DNA of 54,132 nucleotides from a virus. Shown piece by piece: positions 34,208 through 41,894 of this stretch (positions within the stretch are counted from its first letter, which is position 1; every line of letters begins with the position of its first letter). Location of the stretch: the IMG/VR virus record IMGVR_UViG_3300048834_000122, positions 1-54,132 of that record; one strand, 5' to 3'. The notes beneath the pieces are model-generated. The model was given only the letters and a program-made list of their open reading frames with translations. It searched no databases and was not told where the DNA came from. The translations under genes and the position numbers were made by a program.

Positions 34208-35431
34208 ATGATGGCAACCGAACCGAATACCGGCTTGACCTGGCAGGAAGCGAACAGCCTGACCACCGACGCCCTGCACAACCAGGTTATCGACTTCGTG
34301 TCGATCTGGGTGAATTGCATCGTGCTTGCCGTTGGACAGGCTGCGCCAACAGGCACCGAGGTCGATGGCGATCGATACATCGTCGGCACCGGCACCGGCG
34401 TGTTTTCTGGCCACGATGATGAACTGGCGATTCTTCGTGGCGGTACGTGGCAGTTCCATGCGCCGCCAGCGGCTGGCGTGCCGATCATCAAGAACCTGGA
34501 CGATGGCACGGACTGGGAGTGTGACGAAACGGGGTCGTGGTCGATCAAGGGCACGGGCTTTAACGGCGGGTCCCTGTCTGGTGCGTTGAACGAAGCGAAG
34601 GGCGCCGACATCGCGTCGGCGGCGACTACCGACATCGGAGCCGCAACCGGAAACCTTGTCCGCGTCACCGGCGCCACCACGATCACTGCGCTCGGCACTG
34701 CCCAGGCGGGCGCGGCGCGTACGGTGGTGTTCGTTGCCGCGCTCACGCTGACGCACCATGCGACCAGCCTGATCCTACCCACCGCGGCCAACATCATCAC
34801 CGCCGCCGGCGACGTCGCGCAGTTCCGCTCGGAAGGCTCGGGTGACTGGCGTTGCACTGGTTACCTACGCGCGGATGGCACACCGCTGGCGGGTGGTGGG
34901 GGCGGTGGTGGCGGGGGCATGGTGCTGATCGGTAGCGATACCGCCGCAAGCCCAGCGGCTTCGTTGAGCGTCAGTGGTATTCCTGGAACCTATTCGGCGC
35001 TGATGGTCGTGTTCGTTGGGCGCGGTTCTACAGCCGCCTTGGCCGCTGAGACTCGCGTTCGTTTCAATGGCGATACCGGGACAAACTACGATTTCGAGGA
35101 GTTCAACGCCACGGGTGGCGCATCCGGATTCAGCCAGACCCTTGGCGCTACTTCTGCCCGCATGGGTTATATGCCGGCAGCAACCGCGACTGCCAACCGG
35201 GCCGGCATGACGCATCTTTCGATCCCGAACTATGCCGGAACCACCTTCGATAAAATCGCAGCGGCCTATACCGCATCGGCATTTAATGCGTCAGGTTCGG
35301 CAATCAACGCTGGCGCACCATCCATGTGCTGGCGGCCCGCAACGCCAGTTGCCGTAACATCGGTCACCGTCTTTCCGTCGGCAGGTAATGTCGTCGCGGG
35401 TTCCAAGCTGATGGTCTACGGGCTTCCATGA
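34208..35431 (+). CDS. Tail fibre protein, DUF2793-like N-terminus, Gly9 hinge, distinct C-terminal domain
   Basis: ...VDGDRYIVGTGTGVFSGHDDELAILRGGTWQFHAPP... (DUF2793-like). The GGGGGGGGG hinge lies at 34892-34918. Confidence 0.6.
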   Translation: MMATEPNTGLTWQEANSLTTDALHNQVIDFVSIWVNCIVLAVGQAAPTGTEVDGDRYIVGTGTGVFSGHDDELAILRGGTWQFHAPPAAGVPIIKNLDDGTDWECDETGSWSIKGTGFNGGSLSGALNEAKGADIASAATTDIGAATGNLVRVTGATTITALGTAQAGAARTVVFVAALTLTHHATSLILPTAANIITAAGDVAQFRSEGSGDWRCTGYLRADGTPLAGGGGGGGGGMVLIGSDTAASPAASLSVSGIPGTYSALMVVFVGRGSTAALAAETRVRFNGDTGTNYDFEEFNATGGASGFSQTLGATSARMGYMPAATATANRAGMTHLSIPNYAGTTFDKIAAAYTASAFNASGSAINAGAPSMCWRPATPVAVTSVTVFPSAGNVVAGSKLMVYGLP

Positions 35432-35793
35432 GGCAAGTCTTCCGGCCGCGGCGCATACACGCAACGGCCGCTGCGCAGATCAGCCTCGTGGCGCGCGGCC
35501 CAGGCCTCAATGCCGGCTTTGCCAGACTCGAAGCTGGCGCATGGGCGGGTGATGACCGGGGCTTCGATGCCAGGCGCTGGAATGAGTTGCGCGATCCACG
35601 TCACGCCGTCGACCTTGCGTATCAGCTGCGCCACGACACGGTCGTCCAGCTTCAATGCCAGTTCGCCCTTGGCGTACTGGTACCGGTCAACCCAGCGGAA
35701 GCCTTCAGGCAGCATCTGCATAGGGTAGCGCGCCACGCAAAACGCCCCCGATTTAATGCGCGGGCCGGAGGCGGGCAGGTAAACCGTGCGCAT
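35416..35793 (-). CDS. Hypothetical cargo protein (125 aa)
   Basis: High third-position G+C on the minus strand. Converges on the fibre gene and overlaps it by 16 nt. Confidence 0.55.
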   Translation of the reverse strand: MRTVYLPASGPRIKSGAFCVARYPMQMLPEGFRWVDRYQYAKGELALKLDDRVVAQLIRKVDGVTWIAQLIPAPGIEAPVITRPCASFESGKAGIEAWAARHEADLRSGRCVYAPRPEDLPHGSP

Positions 35794-35799
35794 GATGCC

Positions 35800-36057
35800 G
35801 AAGCGCTTGTCGTCAATGACGTTATCTCGCTGATAATCGACATTGCTGCAGGCAAGGCATGGTGGGCGAAAAATGGCACCGTGATCAGTGGCGATCCGGT
35901 TGCAGGCACCGGGGCAATGGCGACCTTTACACCCGGTGCAACGATCTACCTCGCATGTTCGCCAGCGGTCGCTTCAACGCAGATTCGAGTGCGAACAGAC
36001 CCTGCCGAAATGACCGAAGCATCTGTTGCCGGGTTCACCGACGGCTGGCCGGACTAG
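35800..36057 (+). pseudogene. Start-less C-terminal fragment of a SPRY/ConA-like domain
   Basis: LIIDIAAGKAWWAKNGTVISGDP...ATIYLACSP reads like the end of a beta-sandwich domain. There is no in-frame start after the minus-strand gene, and third-position G+C is low. Confidence 0.3.
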
Positions 36058-36239
36058 GCGGCCTCGGCATATCGACTTGCCAGCGCCCGCCACCGGGATT
36101 CCTCCCGCCTGAGCCTGGCGCACACCTGCGCCTTCCGTTGCGCATCCCGCCAATCCTTGGCCGGCGGAAGGTCCATGATCTGCTTGGCGACCGCTGCCGC
36201 CTTCTTTGCCGCCCATGCGGCCATGCGTTCGTTCTTCAT
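36054..36239 (-). CDS. Small basic hypothetical cargo protein (61 aa)
   Basis: MKNERMAAWAAKKAAAVAKQIMDLPPAKDWRDAQRKAQVCARLRREESRWRAL. Lies downstream of int on the same strand. Confidence 0.45.
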   Translation of the reverse strand: MKNERMAAWAAKKAAAVAKQIMDLPPAKDWRDAQRKAQVCARLRREESRWRALASRYAEAA

Positions 36240-36427
36240 GGCGTAAGGGTAGGGTTCGGGAATCTCCTACCCTGCGACGCGGCATTCCTTGACTGTGAAG
36301 CCCGTTCAGGTGGGGCAATCTAGCCCTGCCGCCGGGAGCTGCTGGAACGCCTGACATCGGACGGGCAACGCACCCCGACGGCAACTGTCAATCCAGCAAT
36401 GAATTAGTAGAAAACTGACATTGACCG

Positions 36428-37648
36428 CTACGCGATCTTGCGGACGTTCTCGCCGGCGGCGCGCTTGGCCAGTTCGTCGAGGTAATCCGCCCAGGCCTGC
36501 ATCATCTTCCGCCGCTCTGGCAGGTGCGTCGTGCGGTTGTAGGCACGCCCGTTCGGATCGCGCACCGAGTGCGCCAGCTGGTGCTCGATGATGTCGGGCC
36601 GGAAGCCGAGCGTTTCATCGAGGATCGTGCGCGCCGCCGCGCGGAACCCGTGGCCTGTCATCTCGTCGCCGGCGTATCCCAGCCGGCGCAGCGCTGCGTT
36701 GACGGTCGTGTTGCTCAATGGCCGACCGCGCCCTGCGAAGCCAGGGAACACGTAGCGCCCCTGTCCCGACAGCGGATGGATCTCGCGCAGCAGGGCCACC
36801 GCCTGTGTGGACAGCGGGACCAGGTGCGCGACCCGCATCTTCATCTTCTCAGCAGGGATGTCCCATTCGGCGGCATCGAGATTGATCTCCGACCATTCCG
36901 CATGGCGTAGCTCGCCTGGGCGCACGAACAGGATCGGCGCAAGCGCCAGAGCGATCCGCGTCGGCATGCGGCCCTGATAGCCCTGAATCGCGCGAACCAG
37001 CGGCGCGAGGTCGTCCGGCCGGGTCAGCGCGGCGTAGTGCCGCTTCGGCTTCGGCAGCAGCGCGCCCTTCAGGTCGACCACCGGGTTACGGTCCGCACGG
37101 CCCGTGGCGATCGCATAGCGCATCACCTGACCGCAGTTCTGCAGGATGCGGTGCCCCGACTCGATGGCCCCGCGCTTCTCCATGCGTCGGGCCAAGGCGA
37201 GGAAGTCCGTCGGGGACAGTTCCCGCGCAGGCCTACTGCCGATGTACGGGTGGATGTCATTGGCGAACCACGCCTCGACCTTCACCCGGTAGCCCGGTGC
37301 CCACGCGCGCCCTTGTAGCCATTCCTCGGCGATCGGCTTGAACGTGTTGGCCAGCATCCCAGCGCGCGCCGCGGCATCGGCTTTGCGCTGCTGACCAGGG
37401 TCGATGCCCTGCGACAGCAGCCGGCGTGCATCCTCGCGACGCTCACGCGCCCTGGCGAGGGTCACGGTCGGGTAGACGCCGAGGGCGAGGCGCGATTCTT
37501 TCCCGCTTGCTGGACGCCGGTACTTCATCCGCCAGTAGCGGCCACCGGCTGGGGTTATCTCCAGATACAGGCCGCCCCCGTCGAACAAGCGCTGGGTCTT
37601 CTCGGTCGGCTTGGCGCGCTTCAGCGCGAGGTCTGTCAGTGGGGGCAC
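36428..37648 (-). CDS. int: Tyrosine integrase, P4-type (arm-binding N-terminal domain)
   Basis: PPLTDLALKRAKP...GGLYLEITPAGGRYWRMKYR (P4-like N-domain). Catalytic region ...RPGELRHAEW...HGFRAAARTIL...HQLAH...Y. GTG 37648 chosen; the upstream part of the track ORF is non-coding-like. Confidence 0.93.
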   Translation of the reverse strand: MPPLTDLALKRAKPTEKTQRLFDGGGLYLEITPAGGRYWRMKYRRPASGKESRLALGVYPTVTLARARERREDARRLLSQGIDPGQQRKADAAARAGMLANTFKPIAEEWLQGRAWAPGYRVKVEAWFANDIHPYIGSRPARELSPTDFLALARRMEKRGAIESGHRILQNCGQVMRYAIATGRADRNPVVDLKGALLPKPKRHYAALTRPDDLAPLVRAIQGYQGRMPTRIALALAPILFVRPGELRHAEWSEINLDAAEWDIPAEKMKMRVAHLVPLSTQAVALLREIHPLSGQGRYVFPGFAGRGRPLSNTTVNAALRRLGYAGDEMTGHGFRAAARTILDETLGFRPDIIEHQLAHSVRDPNGRAYNRTTHLPERRKMMQAWADYLDELAKRAAGENVRKIA

Positions 37649-37736
37649 ATTTCTGGCCAGGTTGGGCAGGTGCCCCAGAATGTGCCCCGGCCGTCTCAGG
37701 GATTGCAACGCACAGGTCTGTCCTGGCCCGCACAAC

Positions 37737-37778
37737 GAAAAAGGCCGGAGACCCTTATCTGACAAGGATTCCCGGCCT
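37737..37778 (-). terminator. Intrinsic terminator (minus strand) immediately downstream of the tRNA-like 3' end
   Basis: Minus strand: AGGCCGG...CCGGCCT stem followed by TTTTT. Confidence 0.65.
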
Positions 37779-37804
37779 ATTTCGTACAGCTTTGGAACCT
37801 GTCG

Positions 37805-37820
37805 TGGTGGAGCGGAGGGG
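37805..37820 (-). other. tRNA/tmRNA-type acceptor 3' end (putative attP core identity segment)
   Basis: Minus strand reads CCCCTCCGCTCC-A-CCA. There is no full cloverleaf upstream, so it is a fragment. Confidence 0.55.
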
Positions 37821-37903
37821 TATATAGCGGCAGGCTGCAGCCCGCGTTATAGCTACGTTTCGTGGATCTAAGCGCGGAATGTGCCCCCGCATATGCCCCG
37901 AGT

Positions 37904-38155
37904 TCAGGCGACCTTGTCCTCTGCGTTCCGTTCCGCAATCCTCGCCGCAATCCAAGCGTCGATTTCGGACTCGACCCAGACCGACACGCCACCCAGATCC
38001 ACCTGCTTCGGGAACGCTTTTGCGCGAATCCGGGTGTAGATGGCCGACTTGCCGAGGCCGACGCGGGCGATCACTTCGGCGAGTCGCAGGAAGCGGGGCG
38101 GCTTGGGGCTGGCGATGGGATCGTTCGCCGCCGGCTGGTTGATCGCCGCGCTCAC
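37904..38155 (-). CDS. AlpA-family excisionase/transcriptional regulator
   Basis: RFLRLAEVIARVGLGKSAIYTRIRAKAFPKQVDLGGVSVWVESEIDAWI. GTG 38155 forms a GTGA overlap with the upstream stop. Confidence 0.8.
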   Translation of the reverse strand: MSAAINQPAANDPIASPKPPRFLRLAEVIARVGLGKSAIYTRIRAKAFPKQVDLGGVSVWVESEIDAWIAARIAERNAEDKVA

Positions 38156-39129
38156 GGGGTGCCTGCCTGGAGGGCGGCTTCTTTCGCCATGTACTTGTCG
38201 CAAGCCTCGCGCAACGTGCGGCCATTGCAACCCTTGCCCCATATCATCTGGACGGGCAGATAACGCTCGCGGTTCGTCATGCCTGAGAACGTGCGCTCGA
38301 TGTAGTCCAGCCGCGCCGAATCCATCCCCTCGTCCGCAGGGTGGCGGGGTGGGGTGGTCATGCAGTCGATTGCTTGCCCGCCGCATGTGTAGCAGCGACC
38401 TGTTTCCGGGTTCGCGTATCCGCAACACTTCGACACCGCCTCCCCAGCCGCCTGCTTGCTTGTGTTGGCTAGTCCGGATTCGCGCAGGTATTTCGGCAGT
38501 AGGGTCGGCGGGAAGGTGTCCTCCCACGGCTTGACGTTATGCCGCACGGTCTCCTGCAATTTCAGGATGTGTTCCTCCTGAGCCGTCAGCAGTTGTTCAA
38601 CGGTCTCGACCTGATAGAACTGGCACAGCACCGGATCGGGCACAACATTCCCCTCACTCGCTGCCGGCTTGCTGCGGAGGGCGGCGAGAACCGCGTCAAG
38701 CGCGCATGCGTCGTCTGTCCTGAACTCTTCCCACGGCTTCGACAGGAACACGTCGGCCATGGTTGGCATGTTGGCCGCGCGATAAGCCGCCGCCAGAAAT
38801 GCACGCGCCTCCTGCTCGCCGCCTTCATGCCCAACCCGCCCCGCAGCATCCGCAAGCCCGCGCTCATACCCGCGACGCTCGGCAGCTTCGATAATCGCGC
38901 GCTGGGTTTCGGCTAGCGTAGGCTCGCCGCCTTGCTGCTTGCTCAGCCGCTTGTGCGTGGACTTCGATAGCGTGCCGTCGGGCAGGGCTTCGGGGTGCGG
39001 GGGTTGCTGCTGGGTGAGGGTGGCGGCCAGTTTCAGCACGCCTTCACACACCTTGTGCGCCTGCAACTGCTGCGGGTTCCTGCCGGGGTATTCCTCCAAT
39101 GCCCGCCGAATGGCGGCCAGCGCGTTCAT
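38152..39129 (-). CDS. Hypothetical protein (325 aa) with a Cys-rich segment
   Basis: ATG 39129 (ATGA overlap with the upstream gene). The upstream part of the track ORF is an Arg-rich read-through. Contains CCGYANPETGRCYTCGG. Confidence 0.6.
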   Translation of the reverse strand: MNALAAIRRALEEYPGRNPQQLQAHKVCEGVLKLAATLTQQQPPHPEALPDGTLSKSTHKRLSKQQGGEPTLAETQRAIIEAAERRGYERGLADAAGRVGHEGGEQEARAFLAAAYRAANMPTMADVFLSKPWEEFRTDDACALDAVLAALRSKPAASEGNVVPDPVLCQFYQVETVEQLLTAQEEHILKLQETVRHNVKPWEDTFPPTLLPKYLRESGLANTSKQAAGEAVSKCCGYANPETGRCYTCGGQAIDCMTTPPRHPADEGMDSARLDYIERTFSGMTNRERYLPVQMIWGKGCNGRTLREACDKYMAKEAALQAGTP

Positions 39130-39317
39130 GCCAGCCACCCGAGCAGGATCGGCTTGAACCATGCCCACACCTTCGGGACGAGCAGCGCAAGGCCGACGCC
39201 GATCAGGATCAGCACGACGGCCACGACGCCGAAGCATCCAAGCAGATCGCCCGTGCTGGGAACGTGGAAATAGCCCCGCTGATAACGCGCGGCGGTGTTC
39301 GTGGTTGAGGGGGTCAC
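39126..39317 (-). CDS. Small TM protein (63 aa)
   Basis: GTG 39317 preceded by GGAG. Contains LLGCFGVVAVVLILIGVGLALLV. Confidence 0.5.
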   Translation of the reverse strand: MTPSTTNTAARYQRGYFHVPSTGDLLGCFGVVAVVLILIGVGLALLVPKVWAWFKPILLGWLA

Positions 39318-39556
39318 AACAATTCTCCTGGTTCGGTTTGCGGCGGCGGCGGATTGCGATGCGGTGGCGTGTTCGGTGTTCGCTCGATGCGGTCGACCTC
39401 GACGATGCGCACCCAGACGCGGTGCCAGATTCGCCACCACATCGGCGTCGAATCGAAAGCGACCTGCGCGCTGAGCAATTCCAAGCGCCAGCGGATTTCA
39501 TCCTTTCGCGGCTGGAGCATCCGGCGCGGCTCGCGGGGGAATAGCTGGTCGGTCAT
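39314..39556 (-). CDS. Hypothetical protein (80 aa)
   Basis: ATGA overlap with the methyltransferase stop and GTGA overlap with the next gene. Confidence 0.5.
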   Translation of the reverse strand: MTDQLFPREPRRMLQPRKDEIRWRLELLSAQVAFDSTPMWWRIWHRVWVRIVEVDRIERTPNTPPHRNPPPPQTEPGELL

Positions 39557-40335
39557 GCGGCGAACATCTGGCTTTGGCGTGATTCGCGGTCAAGCCACTC
39601 AATCGCCGACCGGTGAAAATCCTTCTTAATCTCGAAGCCGTAACCAGATCGACCGCTGCGCTTCGCCGCGATGATCGTTGAGCCGCTGCCGCACACCGGG
39701 TCGATGACGACCTCGCCCGGATCGGTGAAAAGAGCGATCAGTTGCTGCAGCAGCAGCACGGGTTTCTGCGTAGGGTGAATCTTTCCGCCCGACTCACGCG
39801 GCCAGGGGATAGCGTTGAAAACCATGCGGCCCTCGTTGTTGAACTTCGGCAGCTTGTCGCGATAGAACAGAACGGCGTATTCGCAATTGCCGACCACCCG
39901 CATGTTTGCCTTCAGCACCTGCGGCGAAAAGTTCTTGTAGAACACCAGCGGGATGCTTCCCTTAAATCCGTGCTTCGCGGCGAGCTCGATCAATCCGAAC
40001 TGCTGCAGGTGCGAACAGAACACGATCATGCAGGGCGCTTTGCCGGTTTCCTTCGGTTCTTTCACCAGCAACGTTGAGCAGAAATGCATGAATTCGTTGA
40101 TGTTGAAATTGGCGTCCGTGTCGAAGAACTGCGCGCCGGCGAGCTTGCTTTGCCCGTTCTTAATCTCGCCGCCGACATACCAATTCGGATTTGAACCGTA
40201 GGCGTTCTTCCCGACGTTGTAGGGAATATCAGCGATGACCAGCTGCGCTTTCGGAAGGCCGTAGCGCCTGTAATTCTGAAAGTGATCGTTGAATATCTCG
40301 TGCTTGCAGCGACGTGGCCGAGAGTTAATGTTCAC
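39553..40335 (-). CDS. Orphan DNA methyltransferase (N6-adenine/N4-cytosine family, beta-class order)
   Basis: Motif IV ADIPYN lies upstream of motif I VIDPVCGSGST. Visibly lower G+C. GTG 40335 chosen (GTGA overlap). Confidence 0.88.
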   Translation of the reverse strand: MNINSRPRRCKHEIFNDHFQNYRRYGLPKAQLVIADIPYNVGKNAYGSNPNWYVGGEIKNGQSKLAGAQFFDTDANFNINEFMHFCSTLLVKEPKETGKAPCMIVFCSHLQQFGLIELAAKHGFKGSIPLVFYKNFSPQVLKANMRVVGNCEYAVLFYRDKLPKFNNEGRMVFNAIPWPRESGGKIHPTQKPVLLLQQLIALFTDPGEVVIDPVCGSGSTIIAAKRSGRSGYGFEIKKDFHRSAIEWLDRESRQSQMFAA

Positions 40336-40589
40336 GCTGCCAAACCCCACGCCTGCAACTGCAGGTCATCGACGAACTTCCGCAGCTGGATCCGCGCCTT
40401 CCACAGTGATCGCGCAATCTCCACGCGCGGCGTGTCGCGAAAGAACATCCGCGTCTCCATCTGCGTGCAGCGGAGGTGATCGCGCCGGAAGAGGCGATAG
40501 GTCACCGATGCGCAGTCGTCGGACGGGAAGCGGCCCCATGCGGTGTCGTGCTTCTTCGGCGGGCGGCGGGTGAAGTGGCGGGTGGTCAT
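40332..40589 (-). CDS. Hypothetical protein (85 aa)
   Basis: ATG 40589 in an ATGA overlap with the upstream gene. Confidence 0.5.
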   Translation of the reverse strand: MTTRHFTRRPPKKHDTAWGRFPSDDCASVTYRLFRRDHLRCTQMETRMFFRDTPRVEIARSLWKARIQLRKFVDDLQLQAWGLAA

Positions 40590-40921
40590 GCGAACAGAGC
40601 CCCTTGTGATGGCGCAGCGATCCCTTCGGCCCATTCCCGAAGCAGCTTCGCCTGCGGGTTATCGGCCCACGTACGGGCGCTAATGCGCTCCAGGAACTCG
40701 GCAACGCCTGCAGCAATGGCGTCGGGCTGGTTGTCTGCAAAGCGACCCCACTTCGGCAGCGGTGAAAAGCCTTCGCCGCCCACGCTTGTCGTGAAGGTGA
40801 AGGCGAACATCCACCGGCCGTCGTCGTGCTGAGCGACCCTGATAGCGGCATGTGGCAGGCCAACGAACCCACGTCGCGCGGGTGCTGGCGTCCGGTACTC
40901 GATGGCGTGGGCCTCGGCCAT
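40586..40921 (-). CDS. Hypothetical protein (111 aa)
   Basis: ATG 40921 shares one base with the upstream TAA. Confidence 0.5.
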   Translation of the reverse strand: MAEAHAIEYRTPAPARRGFVGLPHAAIRVAQHDDGRWMFAFTFTTSVGGEGFSPLPKWGRFADNQPDAIAAGVAEFLERISARTWADNPQAKLLREWAEGIAAPSQGALFA

Positions 40922-41529
40922 TACATGCCCCTCGCTTCGTTCCACGCGACCGGCAGCACCTGCGGGCGCTGGCCAGTGCGTGCCATCCACTGCTCGATGG
41001 TCTCGGCGGGCACATGCTTCACCGGCGGCGCTTCACGCAGTCGCACGGACTGATGCGGCTCGTTGGCCAGCATTCGCTGCGCTTGGGTGCGCACGGCCTT
41101 CGCGGCTGCTTTGGGCTTCGCCTCAGGCTTCACGCGCTGTGCCCGCGGGGTGGCTGGCTTGGCGTCACGCTTGCGGAGCGGGACGGCCTTGCCTGCGTTG
41201 GCGGCACGCTTCGCGGCGCACAGGGCCAGGTACTCGTCCCTCGACATGCCACCCTTGGCCTTGTGGGCGAGGCGTGCCAGTTCGGCGCAGCGCGCTTTCT
41301 TCGCCTCGGGCGTGGTGTAGATCTCGGCCGGCTTGGCCTCGCGCACCAGGAAATAGTGGAAGGCGCGACCCGCGCCATTCCGCCCGAGCATTCCAGCGCG
41401 CAGCATGTTGCCGATGGTGTGGCAGACCGGCAGGACAGGCAGGCCCAGCGCTGCGGCAATCTCACCAGGCGCACAGGGTCGATCCTGCTCGCGCAGGTAG
41501 TCACGAATTCGTTGACCTCGGCTGCTCAT
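40921..41529 (-). CDS. Winged-helix DNA-binding protein with Lys/Ala/Pro-rich linker (202 aa)
   Basis: IRDYLREQDRPCAPGEIAAALGLPVLPVCHTIGNMLRAGML, then KPATPRAQRVKPEAKPKAAAKA. Confidence 0.55.
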   Translation of the reverse strand: MSSRGQRIRDYLREQDRPCAPGEIAAALGLPVLPVCHTIGNMLRAGMLGRNGAGRAFHYFLVREAKPAEIYTTPEAKKARCAELARLAHKAKGGMSRDEYLALCAAKRAANAGKAVPLRKRDAKPATPRAQRVKPEAKPKAAAKAVRTQAQRMLANEPHQSVRLREAPPVKHVPAETIEQWMARTGQRPQVLPVAWNEARGM

Positions 41530-41765
41530 GCTGCCCTCGCGTATTTGCCAGCCATGTCGCGGCGCTGGATTTGTCCGGATGCCGAAGCGGGCCGCACCCG
41601 CGGGGTCGCTTTCGGCACGTAGCGTCGACGTGCGCGCTCCGCCGCGGCTTCGCGCTCGCAGGCGATGCAGGCGTGGTGCCGGCCGTCCCTGCTGCGACCA
41701 GGTCGGCGATCGACATAGAACTCGCTGGCCACCTTCCAGCGGGTGCAGTTGCTGCAGCACTTCAT
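41526..41765 (-). CDS. Small zinc-ribbon-like protein (79 aa)
   Basis: MKCCSNCTRW...HACIACERE (CxxC...CxxC). Confidence 0.55.
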   Translation of the reverse strand: MKCCSNCTRWKVASEFYVDRRPGRSRDGRHHACIACEREAAAERARRRYVPKATPRVRPASASGQIQRRDMAGKYARAA

Positions 41766-41893
41766 GTCCGCGCCTCGCGCACTGCCTCGTCCCGCAGGCG
41801 CCTCAGGTCGTCGACCACGTGCTGCGGCTCGCCGTGTTCCTCGGCCAACTTCACGGCGCGGTCGAGCGCATAGAGCTTGTCGTTTGCGTGCAT
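41762..41893 (-). CDS. Small hypothetical protein (43 aa)
   Basis: ATG 41893. ATGA overlap with the next gene. Confidence 0.35.
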   Translation of the reverse strand: MHANDKLYALDRAVKLAEEHGEPQHVVDDLRRLRDEAVREART

Positions 41894-41894
41894 G

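Larger units (their letters stand above)
37641..37899. other. attP region: arm-type repeats flanking a tRNA/tmRNA-like 3' end
   Basis: The (A/T)NGTGCCCC-type motif occurs at 37641-37651 (inverted), 37668-37676, 37679-37688, 37878-37888 and 37891-37899. The core lies at 37805-37820. Confidence 0.65.

Noticed and set aside
38156-38527. The 207-aa version of the AlpA ORF, and similar Arg-rich N-terminal extensions of 36428-37765, 38152-39501, 40921-41760, 43637-44848, 44936-45553 and 46147-46512.
   Set aside because: The extensions overlap the preceding coupled genes in another frame and have non-protein-like composition. Internal starts giving 1- or 4-nt overlaps fit the operon pattern.
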